The notes: generated from the sequence alone by a model not told the origin. DNA of 64,000 bases from Candidatus Babeliales bacterium (GCA_963722255.1 CAVRJO010000001.1:736001-800000); one strand, 5' to 3'; positions 30,459 to 41,500 are shown, counted from the first letter of the stretch. Program-made: numbers and translations.

Positions 30459-31697
30459 ATGTTTTTTACAAGAAATATAACCAAAAAATTAGAAAAGGCC
30501 GTTTCTCGTAGTCCGGTTGTTTTACTTACCGGGGCCCGGCAAACAGGGAAAACAACTCTCGTAAAACACCTTGGCACAATAAAAAACTATTCCTATGTTA
30601 CTTTTGATGATCTACGTTTTTTAGCTGCTGCAAAAAATGACCCAATTGGGTTCATACAAGGAGTTGAAAAACCTGTTATCCTTGATGAAGTTCAACGCGT
30701 ACCTGAAATTTTTTTAGCAATTAAGCACGATGTAGACGAAAGCCGCATCCCCGGTCGTTTTATTTTAACCGGATCTGCCAACCCCTTACTTATTCCTCGA
30801 TTAGGTGACTCTCTAGCCGGACGTATTGAAATTCTTGAACTACTTCCTCTTTCGCAAGGTGAACTTTTGGGAATACAAGAGAAGTTCCTTGATTGCGCAT
30901 TTAATAAAAATTGTTCATTTGCAGTAAGCCAAAAAGAGTTCTCGAAAGCAGAATTATATCAAACAATTATTCGAGGTGGTTACCCTCTTGTACAAAATTA
31001 TGATGATGAAGGTCGCGAAGAATGGTTTAACTCATACATCACAATGATCTTACAAAGAGACGTACAAGATCTTGCTGCTATATCAGCCATATCAGAGATG
31101 CCACATCTCTTACGGTTACTTGCGAGTCGAGTTGGCAATTTACTCAATGTCGCTGAACTTGGCAGAACAACTGGCATTGCATCAACAACGCTTCACCGAT
31201 ATATGACTCTTTTGGAAACTGTATTTTTGGTTGTTTTTCAACCGGCGTGGCATTCAAACTTAGGAAAAAGGCTTACAAAATCACCCAAAACATATTTAGT
31301 CGATACCGGACTTCTTTCATTTCTTTTAGATATACGAATTGAAAAAGCATTATCAGACTACCGTTTTATTGGAAGCGTTCTTGAAAATTTTGTGTTTAAT
31401 GAACTACAAAAACAAGCAACATGGAATAGCACACGAATAAAATTATATCATTATAGAACTATCACCGGTATAGAAGTTGGTATTGTTTTAGAAAATCAAG
31501 CAGGCAACATTGTCGGCATAGAAGTTAAAAATAGCGAAACGGTAAATTCGCAAGATTTTAAAGGATTGTCCTTCTTAAAAGAAGAATCGGGAGAATCATT
31601 TATCAAAGGAATTCTTCTTTATAATGGCTCTCAAATTATTCCTTTTGGAAAAGATCTTTATGCTGTACCAATACATGCACTGTGGACATCGCAATAA
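30459..31697 (+). CDS. AAA+ ATPase (AAA_14) with DUF4143 domain
   Basis: GARQTGKTT, LDEVQ, LTGSA, KSPKTYLVDTG, IEVK. Confidence 0.9.
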   Translation: MFFTRNITKKLEKAVSRSPVVLLTGARQTGKTTLVKHLGTIKNYSYVTFDDLRFLAAAKNDPIGFIQGVEKPVILDEVQRVPEIFLAIKHDVDESRIPGRFILTGSANPLLIPRLGDSLAGRIEILELLPLSQGELLGIQEKFLDCAFNKNCSFAVSQKEFSKAELYQTIIRGGYPLVQNYDDEGREEWFNSYITMILQRDVQDLAAISAISEMPHLLRLLASRVGNLLNVAELGRTTGIASTTLHRYMTLLETVFLVVFQPAWHSNLGKRLTKSPKTYLVDTGLLSFLLDIRIEKALSDYRFIGSVLENFVFNELQKQATWNSTRIKLYHYRTITGIEVGIVLENQAGNIVGIEVKNSETVNSQDFKGLSFLKEESGESFIKGILLYNGSQIIPFGKDLYAVPIHALWTSQ

Positions 31698-31715
31698 AAA
31701 AATTAATCCTACATT

Positions 31716-33317
31716 TTACTTAGAATACGGTGATATTGCAGTTTGACAGGCTTTAAGCAATGCATGATATATCTTTTTAAGCTGTAGATCTTGCTGATAT
31801 TTTTCATTGCCATATTCACGGGCAAGAATTATAGGATCAGTGAAACTAAGCCAAACCTTGCCTTCATTATCTTGAGTTGCCATAACTCTCAATGGTAGGT
31901 CCAATGCCATTTCAGGTGTTTGTTGCATTAAAGCAGTCCCTTGTGCAGGGTTGCCCAAAACGAGCACCTGCGTTGGTAGTAATTTTTGATTAACCTTTGC
32001 AGCTTCAGCACTATGATTGATGCGTGCAAATATCGTTCCTCCGTGAGATTTTACGGTTTGTTCAACTCTGTCGATACTCTTTTCAACTGAGTAAGGGCTT
32101 TGCATCGTTACAGACCATGCTGATCCACGAGGCACTGCAAGATGTGATTCAAAGGCTGCAGCAATTTTGCGCGCTAAAATATCTAAATCAGGCAGATTAT
32201 CCTTATTTGCAAGTAACGTAACACATAAGAGATCTTTTGGGTCAGTAAATCTACTTAAAAATGATGAAAATCCGGGCAAGAAACCTTTTATTTCCATTAA
32301 GCCTTTATGTCCTGGAAAAAACCATCCAGCATTTGCCGGAACAAGATTTCCATTTTTTAAACGAACAGCATTATATAAAAATGCGCGATCATTAGGATCT
32401 TTAACTAAAATATCACCGGCAAGGGCAATATCCCATTGACTAATATTTTGGCTTGAAGCAATAATACCGCTATCGGCAAACGTTGCAGACCAACTACTTT
32501 TTTTGCTTGGTTTAATTTGTCCTTCATCCTCAGAATAGCCTGCTGCTCGTTCGATTGGATTAATCAAAATTGGTTTATGTAAAAATTCGCTATGCTTAAA
32601 AGGAACCGTGCCATTTGCAACTTCATTAGGCAAAGAATCTTGATCAGAGATAAAAAATGTTTGTTGTAGGCCAACTCGTGCAATCTGATTTTGAGTTACA
32701 TAGTCCCGATAGGACATGCCGCTTACTTTTTCAATAATAAGACCAAGAAGATAATAGTCCGTTGCACTTGCAAATGCATTAGTTCCCGGCTCAAATAATA
32801 AATCTCGATCTTTAACCAATGCTACAATCTCTTCTGCTTTATACTCTTTAGCATAATCAAATCCTTGAACATCAGTATAACTTGGCAATCCTGAACTATG
32901 CGTAATTAGATCTCGAATAGTAATGGCTTCCCATTTTTTTGGAACTTCTACATAATTTGCAACTGAATCTTCTAATCTCAATTTAGCTTCTTCTTTTAAT
33001 TGCATAATTGCTACCGCAGTAAATGCTTGCGTTATTTGACCAATAGGAAAAACCGTATGCGTTGATGCTAGCCTTTTAGTTTGCTTATCAGCAATACCAT
33101 AGCTCACAACACGCGGAATATAGGGCGCCTGTACAATAGCCAAGGTCATACCGGGAATATTATTTTGTTGCATATAGTTTATAACTAAATCATCTACCGC
33201 CTTGCCATAATAAAGGCTTGCAATATCTCCACGTACAGTTTTTTTACCTTCAACTATTTGCATAGATACTCCGGTTACCAACATACTAACGACAACTATT
33301 TTTTTAGTGTAAGACAT
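31716..33317 (-). CDS. Secreted beta-lactamase-fold (serine hydrolase) protein fused to DUF302
   Basis: IPGMTLAI, TIRDLITHSSGLP, LFEPGT; C-terminal INHS...LGNPAQGTALMQ...LDLPLRV. Confidence 0.85.
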   Translation of the reverse strand: MSYTKKIVVVSMLVTGVSMQIVEGKKTVRGDIASLYYGKAVDDLVINYMQQNNIPGMTLAIVQAPYIPRVVSYGIADKQTKRLASTHTVFPIGQITQAFTAVAIMQLKEEAKLRLEDSVANYVEVPKKWEAITIRDLITHSSGLPSYTDVQGFDYAKEYKAEEIVALVKDRDLLFEPGTNAFASATDYYLLGLIIEKVSGMSYRDYVTQNQIARVGLQQTFFISDQDSLPNEVANGTVPFKHSEFLHKPILINPIERAAGYSEDEGQIKPSKKSSWSATFADSGIIASSQNISQWDIALAGDILVKDPNDRAFLYNAVRLKNGNLVPANAGWFFPGHKGLMEIKGFLPGFSSFLSRFTDPKDLLCVTLLANKDNLPDLDILARKIAAAFESHLAVPRGSAWSVTMQSPYSVEKSIDRVEQTVKSHGGTIFARINHSAEAAKVNQKLLPTQVLVLGNPAQGTALMQQTPEMALDLPLRVMATQDNEGKVWLSFTDPIILAREYGNEKYQQDLQLKKIYHALLKACQTAISPYSK

Positions 33318-33499
33318 ATCAAACCATCCGTTTTTTTAACCATCATGAACTATTCATCATGCATGCATAGTAATCATTTTTGATAAGTTATAGCAAGAAT
33401 TTTATAGTAAAAAAATAGCGCACATCTTTATTATCTTTTATTGCAAATCATACTGCTTTTTACTATTCTTTACTTGATAATCTAAACGAAGGGGTCTTT

Positions 33500-33916
33500 A
33501 TGAAACTGCATCCTTTAACAAAAAATATTTTAAAGATATTTATAATAGTTGTATTTATTATGACCAGCAAAACAAGTTTAAGTATGCATTTAAATAAAAA
33601 AGATTTAAAAATGCTTCTTGCTCCCTGGAAGGGGAAAACAGAAACAGTTGATATTATGCTCGAAATAGCCGAATCATCAACCAATAAATTTAGATTCAAG
33701 CTTAATCCTATGGTAATCGATGGTATACATTATATCGATACTCATGCTCTATTTGATGTAGATGCTGGTGTTGTTCTACTTTCAACCAATCATCTAAAAG
33801 AAGAAAAAATAGACATTAAATTTTTTTTAGAATCTATTAAGCCCGTAGCGTCTGATCTTTCACCACAAGAATTACAGCAAAGAAAAGTTCTTAAAAAAAA
33901 ATGCTCCATTCAATAA
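33500..33916 (+). CDS. Secreted hypothetical protein ending in CSIQ
   Basis: Signal peptide SLS|MH; C-terminus KKKCSIQ. Confidence 0.7.
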   Translation: MKLHPLTKNILKIFIIVVFIMTSKTSLSMHLNKKDLKMLLAPWKGKTETVDIMLEIAESSTNKFRFKLNPMVIDGIHYIDTHALFDVDAGVVLLSTNHLKEEKIDIKFFLESIKPVASDLSPQELQQRKVLKKKCSIQ

Positions 33917-33942
33917 TTTCAGAAAATTCATAACAAAAAAAT

Positions 33943-34569
33943 TTATACAATATTTTCAATTAAAATAGCTCGTGCAGGTGCAGCATCGGCCCCGGGAAGC
34001 AACAGTGGCATGCAGCAAAAGAAGTAGGCTCCCTGCTTCACTTGCATTAAACGCAACCCTTCAATAATAGGAATATTTGCAAACATAAAAGCTTTATGGC
34101 TTGGATGATCAGGCTGATTGCGCTCAATGCCCAAATAATCAAAACCGAAGGCCTTAATTTTTTTTGCTACTAAAAATTGAGCAGCATCGTGAGTAAGATA
34201 TACAAATGCAGGGTTAAAACGATCTAAAGGATTAATAAAACTGTTAGTTGTTTTAAAGAGAATAATTTCATCTTCTTTAATAACAAACTGTTCTAAATCT
34301 TTATAAGTGATTTTTTCTTGAACATGCGTTACATCAAAAACAGTGCATGCGCCCAAAAGTTTTTCCAACGAAATTTGATCAATAGTCTTTCCATCAGCAA
34401 TAAAATGAGCAGGAGCATCAACATGTGTACCGGTGTGAGAACATAAAGCAATATGTGTTTCCATCGCTCCACTTTGAGGAGTTGTAATATGTGTCGCAGA
34501 AAAAAGTTCTACATCTTTATATTGCGTCATATTTTCAGTCAGAGGCCAACTTATATCAATAATCTTCAT
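33943..34569 (-). CDS. Cyclase-family (KynB-like) metal-dependent hydrolase
   Basis: IIDIS, HTGTHVDAPAHF, IIEGL, DAAPARA. Confidence 0.9.
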   Translation of the reverse strand: MKIIDISWPLTENMTQYKDVELFSATHITTPQSGAMETHIALCSHTGTHVDAPAHFIADGKTIDQISLEKLLGACTVFDVTHVQEKITYKDLEQFVIKEDEIILFKTTNSFINPLDRFNPAFVYLTHDAAQFLVAKKIKAFGFDYLGIERNQPDHPSHKAFMFANIPIIEGLRLMQVKQGAYFFCCMPLLLPGADAAPARAILIENIV

Positions 34570-35501
34570 CGAGTTCTCTTTTTTGTCTTTGATTTTATTA
34601 AATTTTTATTTGATTTTGTTATAGAATGACCACCAAATTCATGCCGCAATAATGCTACAAGCTTTGTTGCATAATTACCACCAGATTGACGAGACCACGC
34701 ACGAATTTCAAGCGCATCTTCAATTAATAGCGCAGGAATTTTTTGTGCATACGCTTCTTGAATCGTCCAAGCACCCATACCACTTTCTTGAATAGCACCA
34801 TCAACATTGTCAAAATTTTGATCTCGCTTAAACACTGCATGAGCAAGATCTAGAATCCATGAACGAATAATAGAACCATGAGACCAAACTCGTGTAATGG
34901 TTTCAAGATCAAGATTTTTGTAAGAACCAGAATGCAAAAGATGAAAGCCTTCAGCATATGCTTCTAATAATGCATATTCAATGCCATTGTGCACCATCTT
35001 AACATAATGGCCTGCCCCAGCAGGACCCATATATGCATATCCTTTTGATGTTGCAAGAGCTTTAAAAAGTGGCTCAATGCTTGCAATAATTTTTTTATCA
35101 CCACCAAGCATAAGCGAAAAGCCTTTTCTTTTGCCTGCAAGGCCACCTGACGTTCCGCAATCAATAAAATGTATACCATGCGATTTTAATCTTTTAGCGC
35201 GTCGCACCGAATCAGAAAAATGGCTATTGCCCCCATCAATGATGATGCTCTCTTTTTGTAGATATGGTTTTAACTGCTCAAGAACATTATCAACCAATTC
35301 ACCCGCAGGAATCATAAGCCAAATCACCGTAGCTTGTTGTGCGCAATGTTCCAAAGAATCAGTTACATGTGCGCCATACACAGCAGCTTTTCGTCGTGCT
35401 TTAACATCGGGATCAAATCCAATAACTTGAAATCCGGCATTCGTTAGACGATACACAAGTGCATTTCCCATCTTTCCTAAACCGACAACTGCAATTTTCA
35501 T
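34566..35501 (-). CDS. gnd: 6-phosphogluconate dehydrogenase, decarboxylating (short type)
   Basis: GLGKMG, IDGGNS, DCGTSGG, GHYVKMVHNGIEY, LRHEFGGH. Confidence 0.95.
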   Translation of the reverse strand: MKIAVVGLGKMGNALVYRLTNAGFQVIGFDPDVKARRKAAVYGAHVTDSLEHCAQQATVIWLMIPAGELVDNVLEQLKPYLQKESIIIDGGNSHFSDSVRRAKRLKSHGIHFIDCGTSGGLAGKRKGFSLMLGGDKKIIASIEPLFKALATSKGYAYMGPAGAGHYVKMVHNGIEYALLEAYAEGFHLLHSGSYKNLDLETITRVWSHGSIIRSWILDLAHAVFKRDQNFDNVDGAIQESGMGAWTIQEAYAQKIPALLIEDALEIRAWSRQSGGNYATKLVALLRHEFGGHSITKSNKNLIKSKTKKRTR

Positions 35502-35506
35502 ATCTT

Positions 35507-35911
35507 TTACCATTCCTCTTCATCATCAGTGATAATAAGTTCATAATTTTCATACTCAGGAAATTTTGACTTAAAATATGAAATAATTTCATCTCTTGTT
35601 GGCATTGATTTGTCCAGAGGATTATAAAACTGCGCAACAACATAGGGAATAGCTCCTGCATCAGATGGTATAAAAGGATTAGCGTTTCGCTCATTTACCA
35701 ACTTTTCGATTTTTTCAAAATCTCCATTTTCAATAGCTTTCACTAATTTGGCTGATAAAATCTTTTGATATTCAACAGTTTGAGATGATCCGCTTACAGA
35801 TGTATTACTTTGAAGTGTATATATTACAACAGAAGTTTTTCCTTGCTCCATGCAATGGATTAAGTTAGATGCACAGATAACAAATAATGCAATAGTTTTC
35901 CATAACTTCAT
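35507..35911 (-). CDS. Secreted ankyrin-like protein
   Basis: Signal peptide IHC|ME; LVKAIENGDFEKIEKLVNERNANP. Confidence 0.65.
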   Translation of the reverse strand: MKLWKTIALFVICASNLIHCMEQGKTSVVIYTLQSNTSVSGSSQTVEYQKILSAKLVKAIENGDFEKIEKLVNERNANPFIPSDAGAIPYVVAQFYNPLDKSMPTRDEIISYFKSKFPEYENYELIITDDEEEW

Positions 35912-35938
35912 GCTCTATCCTTTATATTTATTTTAAAA

Positions 35939-37372
35939 TTATACTCTCCAATGCATTCTATGTTTACGAGCAAATTCTTGCAACTCTTGAGGCCCCAAAG
36001 ATCCTTTTTGATAAGGAAACAAAGGTAATGATAATTCCTTTATATGGTCAATAACTTTCCATGCATATTCAATCTCATCAAAGCGAACGGATATCGATTG
36101 TTCACCATTCAGCACTTCTTGTACAACAAACTCATATACATTTTCAATAATGGTACCAAATTTGCATTCATAACAAAAATCCATAGCAACCGGCATAACT
36201 TCAATGCGAGGACCTGGTTTTTTAACATTAAGCGTAATTGCAAATCCCGGTTCCGGCATAACACGAATAGTCAAACTATTCGATTCACTGGGACAACTGG
36301 TTGTTAACAAACAAACAACAGATTTAAATTTAACGGTAATAATGGTCTCTTTTTTTGCAAGGCTCTTTCCTGTTTTAATATACCATGGTACCTCTCTCCA
36401 GCGATCAGTATCAATAAAAAGTTGCAATGCTGCAAATGTTTCAGTTGTCGAATTAGGTTGCACATCTTTTTCGTTTTTATAACCGACGTATTGCCCCAAT
36501 AATCCATCGGAGCACCGAATTTTTTGTAATATTTCAGCTTTCTTATCTCTCATAAAATCACCCGATAGTGATTGCGGTGCTTCCATAGCAAGAAGTGCGA
36601 CAATTTGCAAAATATGGTTTTGCACAACATCTTTGAGTGCGCCATAGGCATCATAATAGTAGCCTCGACTACCTATATCAGATGTTTCACTCAGCACTAT
36701 TTCGATCCAATCAATATTATCTGCATTCCACAATGGCTCAAAAATTCTATTGGTAAAACGCAATAATGCTAAAGTTCCCACGATATCTTTTGCCAAATAA
36801 TGATCGACGCGAAATATCTGAAACTCGGCAAGATAGTTCGATATTTTTTTATTTATTAAACATGCAGATGCATAATCTGATCCAAAAGGCTTTTCGTATA
36901 CAATACGATGCCATGGAAAAACTGATGCGTCGGTCATTTTAGTAACAATTCCCGCTTGTGCACAATGTTCTGTAACGGTAACAAAAAACTGAGGAGGAAG
37001 CGCTAGATAAAGTAAACGATTATCTATTCTTTGATTTTTTTGTTCAAGAGCTACAACAAATTCAGAAAGCTTTTGAAAATCAGAAGGTACCGTAACATCA
37101 ACTTTTTGATAATAAAAGTTAGAACAAAAAAGATTCCATAATGCATCATTATAATACTCAATATATGGTTTGCTCGCATTCAAAACATCATCTTTTGTTA
37201 CATCTTCTCGTGCAACACCAATACATTGAAAATTTCCAATTTTTTTATCACGATACTGTGCATAGAGCGCGGGTATAATACGTCGTTTTGACAAATCACC
37301 CGTCGCCCCAAAAAAGAATACACGTGCCTTCTATCACAAGATTAATCTTTCCAATTTTTTTGCTTCACTCAT
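35939..37372 (-). CDS. zwf: Glucose-6-phosphate 1-dehydrogenase; 5' end has apparent homopolymer indels
   Basis: FGATGDLSKRRI upstream of the called ORF start; EKPFG, RVDHYL, DVVQNH, TETF. Confidence 0.93.
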
Positions 37373-37425
37373 AAATTTCTGTTTACAATAAACACAAATT
37401 AGTTATTTTTGCAACAGTTAGATGA

Positions 37426-38819
37426 TTAATAATTTACTAACCTGTACTGAATTTTCCTGGTCGTTGCTTTTCTTACCATTGTAATAATTTTTTCAACTAT
37501 CTGTGTTTGCTGTTCTTCAGGCAAAGCGTTCACAAGCTCAGAATCGGAGAGCTTTAACACATTGTAATCAAAATGTCGCCTATATTTTGAAAGTGCAATG
37601 TACACAAGAATTAGTTCAAGTGATGGATGCAATTCTAATTCAATAGAATCATCACCTTTACATCGACTCATAATACGATCAGTAGCTAAATCATAACATA
37701 CTGTTTTGTACTTAGAAAAGCCTTCTTTAATATTTCTTCTTATCATAAGCATACCGTCTTCAAAAGATGCTATAGAAACTTGATCAACAACTGATTTAGC
37801 TGGATTAGGATTTTGTATTTCCTTTACATAATCCCATAATTCATTTCCAGTATCATGTAAAATATGTATAGTGTTGTTCCTTACTATTAATGCGCAAGAT
37901 CGGCCATCTTTTGATGGGACAAGTGCGAAATTATCCTCACGAGAAATCTGTTTTATTAGATCAAAAGTCCAGATATCTTTATTTTTTCTACACGCATAGA
38001 TTTGTCCCTGATACGTCGTTATAAAAAAACAGTTTTCATCAACACAACAAACATCTTTTATAAGAGATTCAAATTTTTTTGTTACTATTTCATCATCTCC
38101 TGGCAAACAATTTACAACTGTTATAGTCTTGTTATAACAAGATACACATGTTTTATCACCTATGAAATGAACTCTATGAAGGAGATTATCATACATTTCT
38201 TCACATAGATTTTTTTCTTCTTTAATTGGAACCCATTCATCATTCCTGTTTTCCAAAATTACAATAGTTTTATTATGTAAACCAACTGCAAAAAAATGAC
38301 CATTTGGTGAAAAATTAGATTTATCTACTTGAACTATTGTAGTTTCACTTTTTTCTTCAGACCTTTTTCGTATTGTAAGCATATTGCTGGGTATGTACCA
38401 AACGTGAAAAGTTCCTCGCCCTCAGATTCAAATAGATCAACTGAATAGGGATGGCTTTTATCTGATTTTCTTTTTCTACAATCAACCTTCCAACGATGCA
38501 TAAAACAATTATAAAAAAATTGTTGTGTCACAAATGCCCTTAGCTCTTCGGGGAAAATAGAAAGGCAACTTTGGACTTCTTTTAATTTAGCATCGACAGT
38601 GGTTGCTTGTGCTTTTTCACAAATAGGGACAATCCGTGTTTCAACAAAAACGTTACTCGCTATTTCCTTTAAAGAAGGAGCTCCAAAACTATTAGTCACT
38701 CTATTAAATTTTAATTGTAATGCTTCTTCATCTTTTGCAATCGGCTCTTGTTGCTTTTCCATTGCGGTACTTGAACAGAAAAATAAAAAAATCGAAAAAA
38801 AATAAGTAGAGTTTTTCAT
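37426..38819 (-). pseudogene. Secreted beta-propeller-like protein split into two overlapping ORFs (38334..38819 and 37426..38382)
   Basis: Signal peptide STA|ME; FSPNGHFFAVG and PSKDGRSCA WD-like motifs; 49-bp out-of-frame overlap. Confidence 0.55.
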
Positions 38820-38917
38820 GAAGCTAGAATCCTTGAGTTATAAATAAAATTTTATACTAGAAAAAGTTTAAACAATTTATGTGAATTGTAAAATGAATTA
38901 ATTAGAGAAAAAATTGC

Positions 38918-40084
38918 TTAAAAAATATCTTCTATATTTTGCCAACTAACAATAGTACCTTGTGAACGTTCTTGGTTTTTTGAACCCGCATAAACAATGT
39001 ACCCGTTTGGTTTCTCTTCGATTAGCTCAGCCCAATAAGTTAATCCCTTAAAGAAATCGGGAACTATCGTTTTTGCTGCTTTAATTTCAATAGGTACTAA
39101 TAGATTGTTTTTTTGAATAATACAATCAATTTCATTACCGGTAATATCGCGCCAGAAATATACATTATGCGGCCGATCGCCCTTATTATAATAATGTTTA
39201 AAAATCTCTGAAATTATTAATGACTCAATAAGATGTCCTCTCATATAATTTAAATCAAGCTGTGATGATGAATGTATATCAAGAAGAGCACAGGCCAAGC
39301 CGGTATCATAAAAATATAATTTTGGTGATTTTATTAACCGTTTATTAAAATTTTGGTGATGGGGTTGTAAAAGAAAAATAACATAGCTTGCTTCTAAAAT
39401 CGAAAGCCAAGATTTTGCTGTCCTTTGGTCAATTCCACAATCGATTGCCAATGATGCAATATTTAGTAATTGCCCAACGCGCCCGGCACATAAACGAATA
39501 AACCGTCGAAACGTACTTAAATCTACAATGTTAGCAATTTGTCGAACATCTCGTTCAACATAGGTCTCAATATAATCTAAATACCAAGAAGTAGGTTCAA
39601 GATCAAAAGCAAAAATACGTGGATACCCACCTTTAACGGTAACTTGTTCAATTGAATCAGAGAGTAAAGCATTTGTCGAAAGTTCTTTAATGCTTAAAGG
39701 AAGTAAGGTAAAAATAGCTATTCTGCCCGCAAGAGTTTGTGAAATAGCTTGATTTACCAAAATATTCTGCGAACCGGTTAGAATAAAATATCCCGGCATA
39801 TGTTCTTCATCCACAATCGTTTGAATCAACGATAAGAGCTTTGGAACATGCTGTATCTCATCTAGAATTATCCCAAATGGATTCTTATTTATTTCTAAAA
39901 ACCTTTGTGGATCTGTAGAAGCAAGTTCGCGTTCTTCATAACTTTCTAAAGAAACATACCTGTGGTTTTTAAAGACAGCTCTTGAAAGCGTCGTTTTTCC
40001 TGATTGACGGGGACCAAGAATCGCTATAACCGGCATTTTTTGAGCACGTTCTAAAATTTTAGGCTCTATAGTTCTTTTAAACAT
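38918..40084 (-). CDS. AAA+ ATPase (AAA_14) with DUF4143 domain
   Basis: GPRQSGKTT, LDEIQ, KSPKLYFYDTG, EIDC...IEIK. Confidence 0.9.
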   Translation of the reverse strand: MFKRTIEPKILERAQKMPVIAILGPRQSGKTTLSRAVFKNHRYVSLESYEERELASTDPQRFLEINKNPFGIILDEIQHVPKLLSLIQTIVDEEHMPGYFILTGSQNILVNQAISQTLAGRIAIFTLLPLSIKELSTNALLSDSIEQVTVKGGYPRIFAFDLEPTSWYLDYIETYVERDVRQIANIVDLSTFRRFIRLCAGRVGQLLNIASLAIDCGIDQRTAKSWLSILEASYVIFLLQPHHQNFNKRLIKSPKLYFYDTGLACALLDIHSSSQLDLNYMRGHLIESLIISEIFKHYYNKGDRPHNVYFWRDITGNEIDCIIQKNNLLVPIEIKAAKTIVPDFFKGLTYWAELIEEKPNGYIVYAGSKNQERSQGTIVSWQNIEDIF

Positions 40085-40114
40085 TGGTTGGATCCTCCTT
40101 ATTGATGGTATACT

Positions 40115-40144
40115 ACTAATATGACATAGCTACGTCATATTAGT
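40115..40144. promoter_or_regulatory. Palindrome upstream of the ATPase gene
   Basis: ACTAATATGAC-ATAGCTAC-GTCATATTAGT. Confidence 0.6.
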
Positions 40145-40180
40145 CAAGAATTTATCTAAAATATGATCCAATCAGCTAAT

Positions 40181-41500
40181 TCAATGCAATGATAAAATTT
40201 TACGCGTTTCTTGCTTATATGATTCCACATTAGGTTGATCAAACGGATTAACACCTAATAGATAACCCAAATATACTATTTCAACCATTTTGTATTGTAA
40301 TAATTGCCCAATATAATATTCCGTGCATTCAGGCAATTCTACTGCAACAAAGGGCCGCTTATTTTTTACGTATGCCGCCTGCACACCTTGCAAAACAGCT
40401 TGCATTATTGACGCCATAGATTTGCCTTGGATTTTTTCAACCGCCGGTTCAAACTGTTGCATCTCTGGAACAACTAGTTTTTGGCTTTGATCTTTCACTG
40501 AAATAAATGTTGTCGATTTATCACGAGGCCCACCCAAATAAAGTTGTCCTACAGAATGAAGATCGATCGTTCCGATAGATACCGTTGGGGTTATACCAAT
40601 TTCAACTTTAGCACCTTGAATATTAAACTCCTTGCCTAGGCTTTCTCCCACAAGTTGGCGATACCATTTACCAATGCCTTCAAGCTGCATCGAAAATAAA
40701 AACAGATCTTGAATATGTATACTTTGTTTATATTGTGCATACATGATACATGCAGATTGGGCGGCATAATTTTCATCTAAAAGCAATGAGCTGCATATTT
40801 TAAGCATATCTGTAGCACCACGAAGTAAGGAAAATATATCACATCCCAATAAACCCAAAGGAAATAAACCTACTGCTGAAAAAACCGAGTAGCGACCGCC
40901 AACATTTTTAGGAATCTCCAGAAGAGAAAATTTTTCTTCGTGTGCTATGTTCCAAAGCACAGAATCGCGATCAGTTGTCACCACGACATACTGAGCATAC
41001 TCATCAGGATAGTAGCGCATAAGAAGCTGTAAAAAAATCTCAAAATTAGCAATTGTTTCAGTGGTTGTTCCTGATTTAGTTACCACATTAAGAATGATTC
41101 TATTTCCATTTTTTAACTCTTGTGTTACAAGCTTCAGGATTTCTGAAATATAGGCTGAATCAACCGTATCGGCATAATAGATTTTTAAATCTGGATTTTT
41201 TTCATTATAAAGTTTTCCAAACAAGGCTTCTTGTACTGCAAAAGTTCCTAAGTTAGAACCACCAATACCTATAACAACCAAAACTGTTGGTTTTAAATTT
41301 TTTTTATCATCAACAAGAGTTTTAATTTTTTGAATAGAGGAATCATCAAAAGGTAAATTCAATGAAGCATACAATGAATTATACGTATGGTCCTCTAAAG
41401 CTTGATTCACTCGTATAATTTCAGATTTTAACGTATCAAAATGCTGGATATTCTCTTTCAAAGAAACACCTGCATTATCAAAACGAATGGCAATATTCAT
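40181..41500 (-). CDS. pgi: Glucose-6-phosphate isomerase
   Basis: IGIGGSNLG, TKSGTTTET, VGGRYSVFS, QLVGESLGKE, DLHS, NPFDQPNVESYK. Confidence 0.95.
   Translation of the reverse strand: MNIAIRFDNAGVSLKENIQHFDTLKSEIIRVNQALEDHTYNSLYASLNLPFDDSSIQKIKTLVDDKKNLKPTVLVVIGIGGSNLGTFAVQEALFGKLYNEKNPDLKIYYADTVDSAYISEILKLVTQELKNGNRIILNVVTKSGTTTETIANFEIFLQLLMRYYPDEYAQYVVVTTDRDSVLWNIAHEEKFSLLEIPKNVGGRYSVFSAVGLFPLGLLGCDIFSLLRGATDMLKICSSLLLDENYAAQSACIMYAQYKQSIHIQDLFLFSMQLEGIGKWYRQLVGESLGKEFNIQGAKVEIGITPTVSIGTIDLHSVGQLYLGGPRDKSTTFISVKDQSQKLVVPEMQQFEPAVEKIQGKSMASIMQAVLQGVQAAYVKNKRPFVAVELPECTEYYIGQLLQYKMVEIVYLGYLLGVNPFDQPNVESYKQETRKILSLH

Noticed and set aside
37325..37340. Stop-codon reassignment (in-frame TGA TAG at the zwf 5' end)
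   Set aside because: TGA and TAG end conserved genes elsewhere (gnd, tnpA); homopolymer indels explain it
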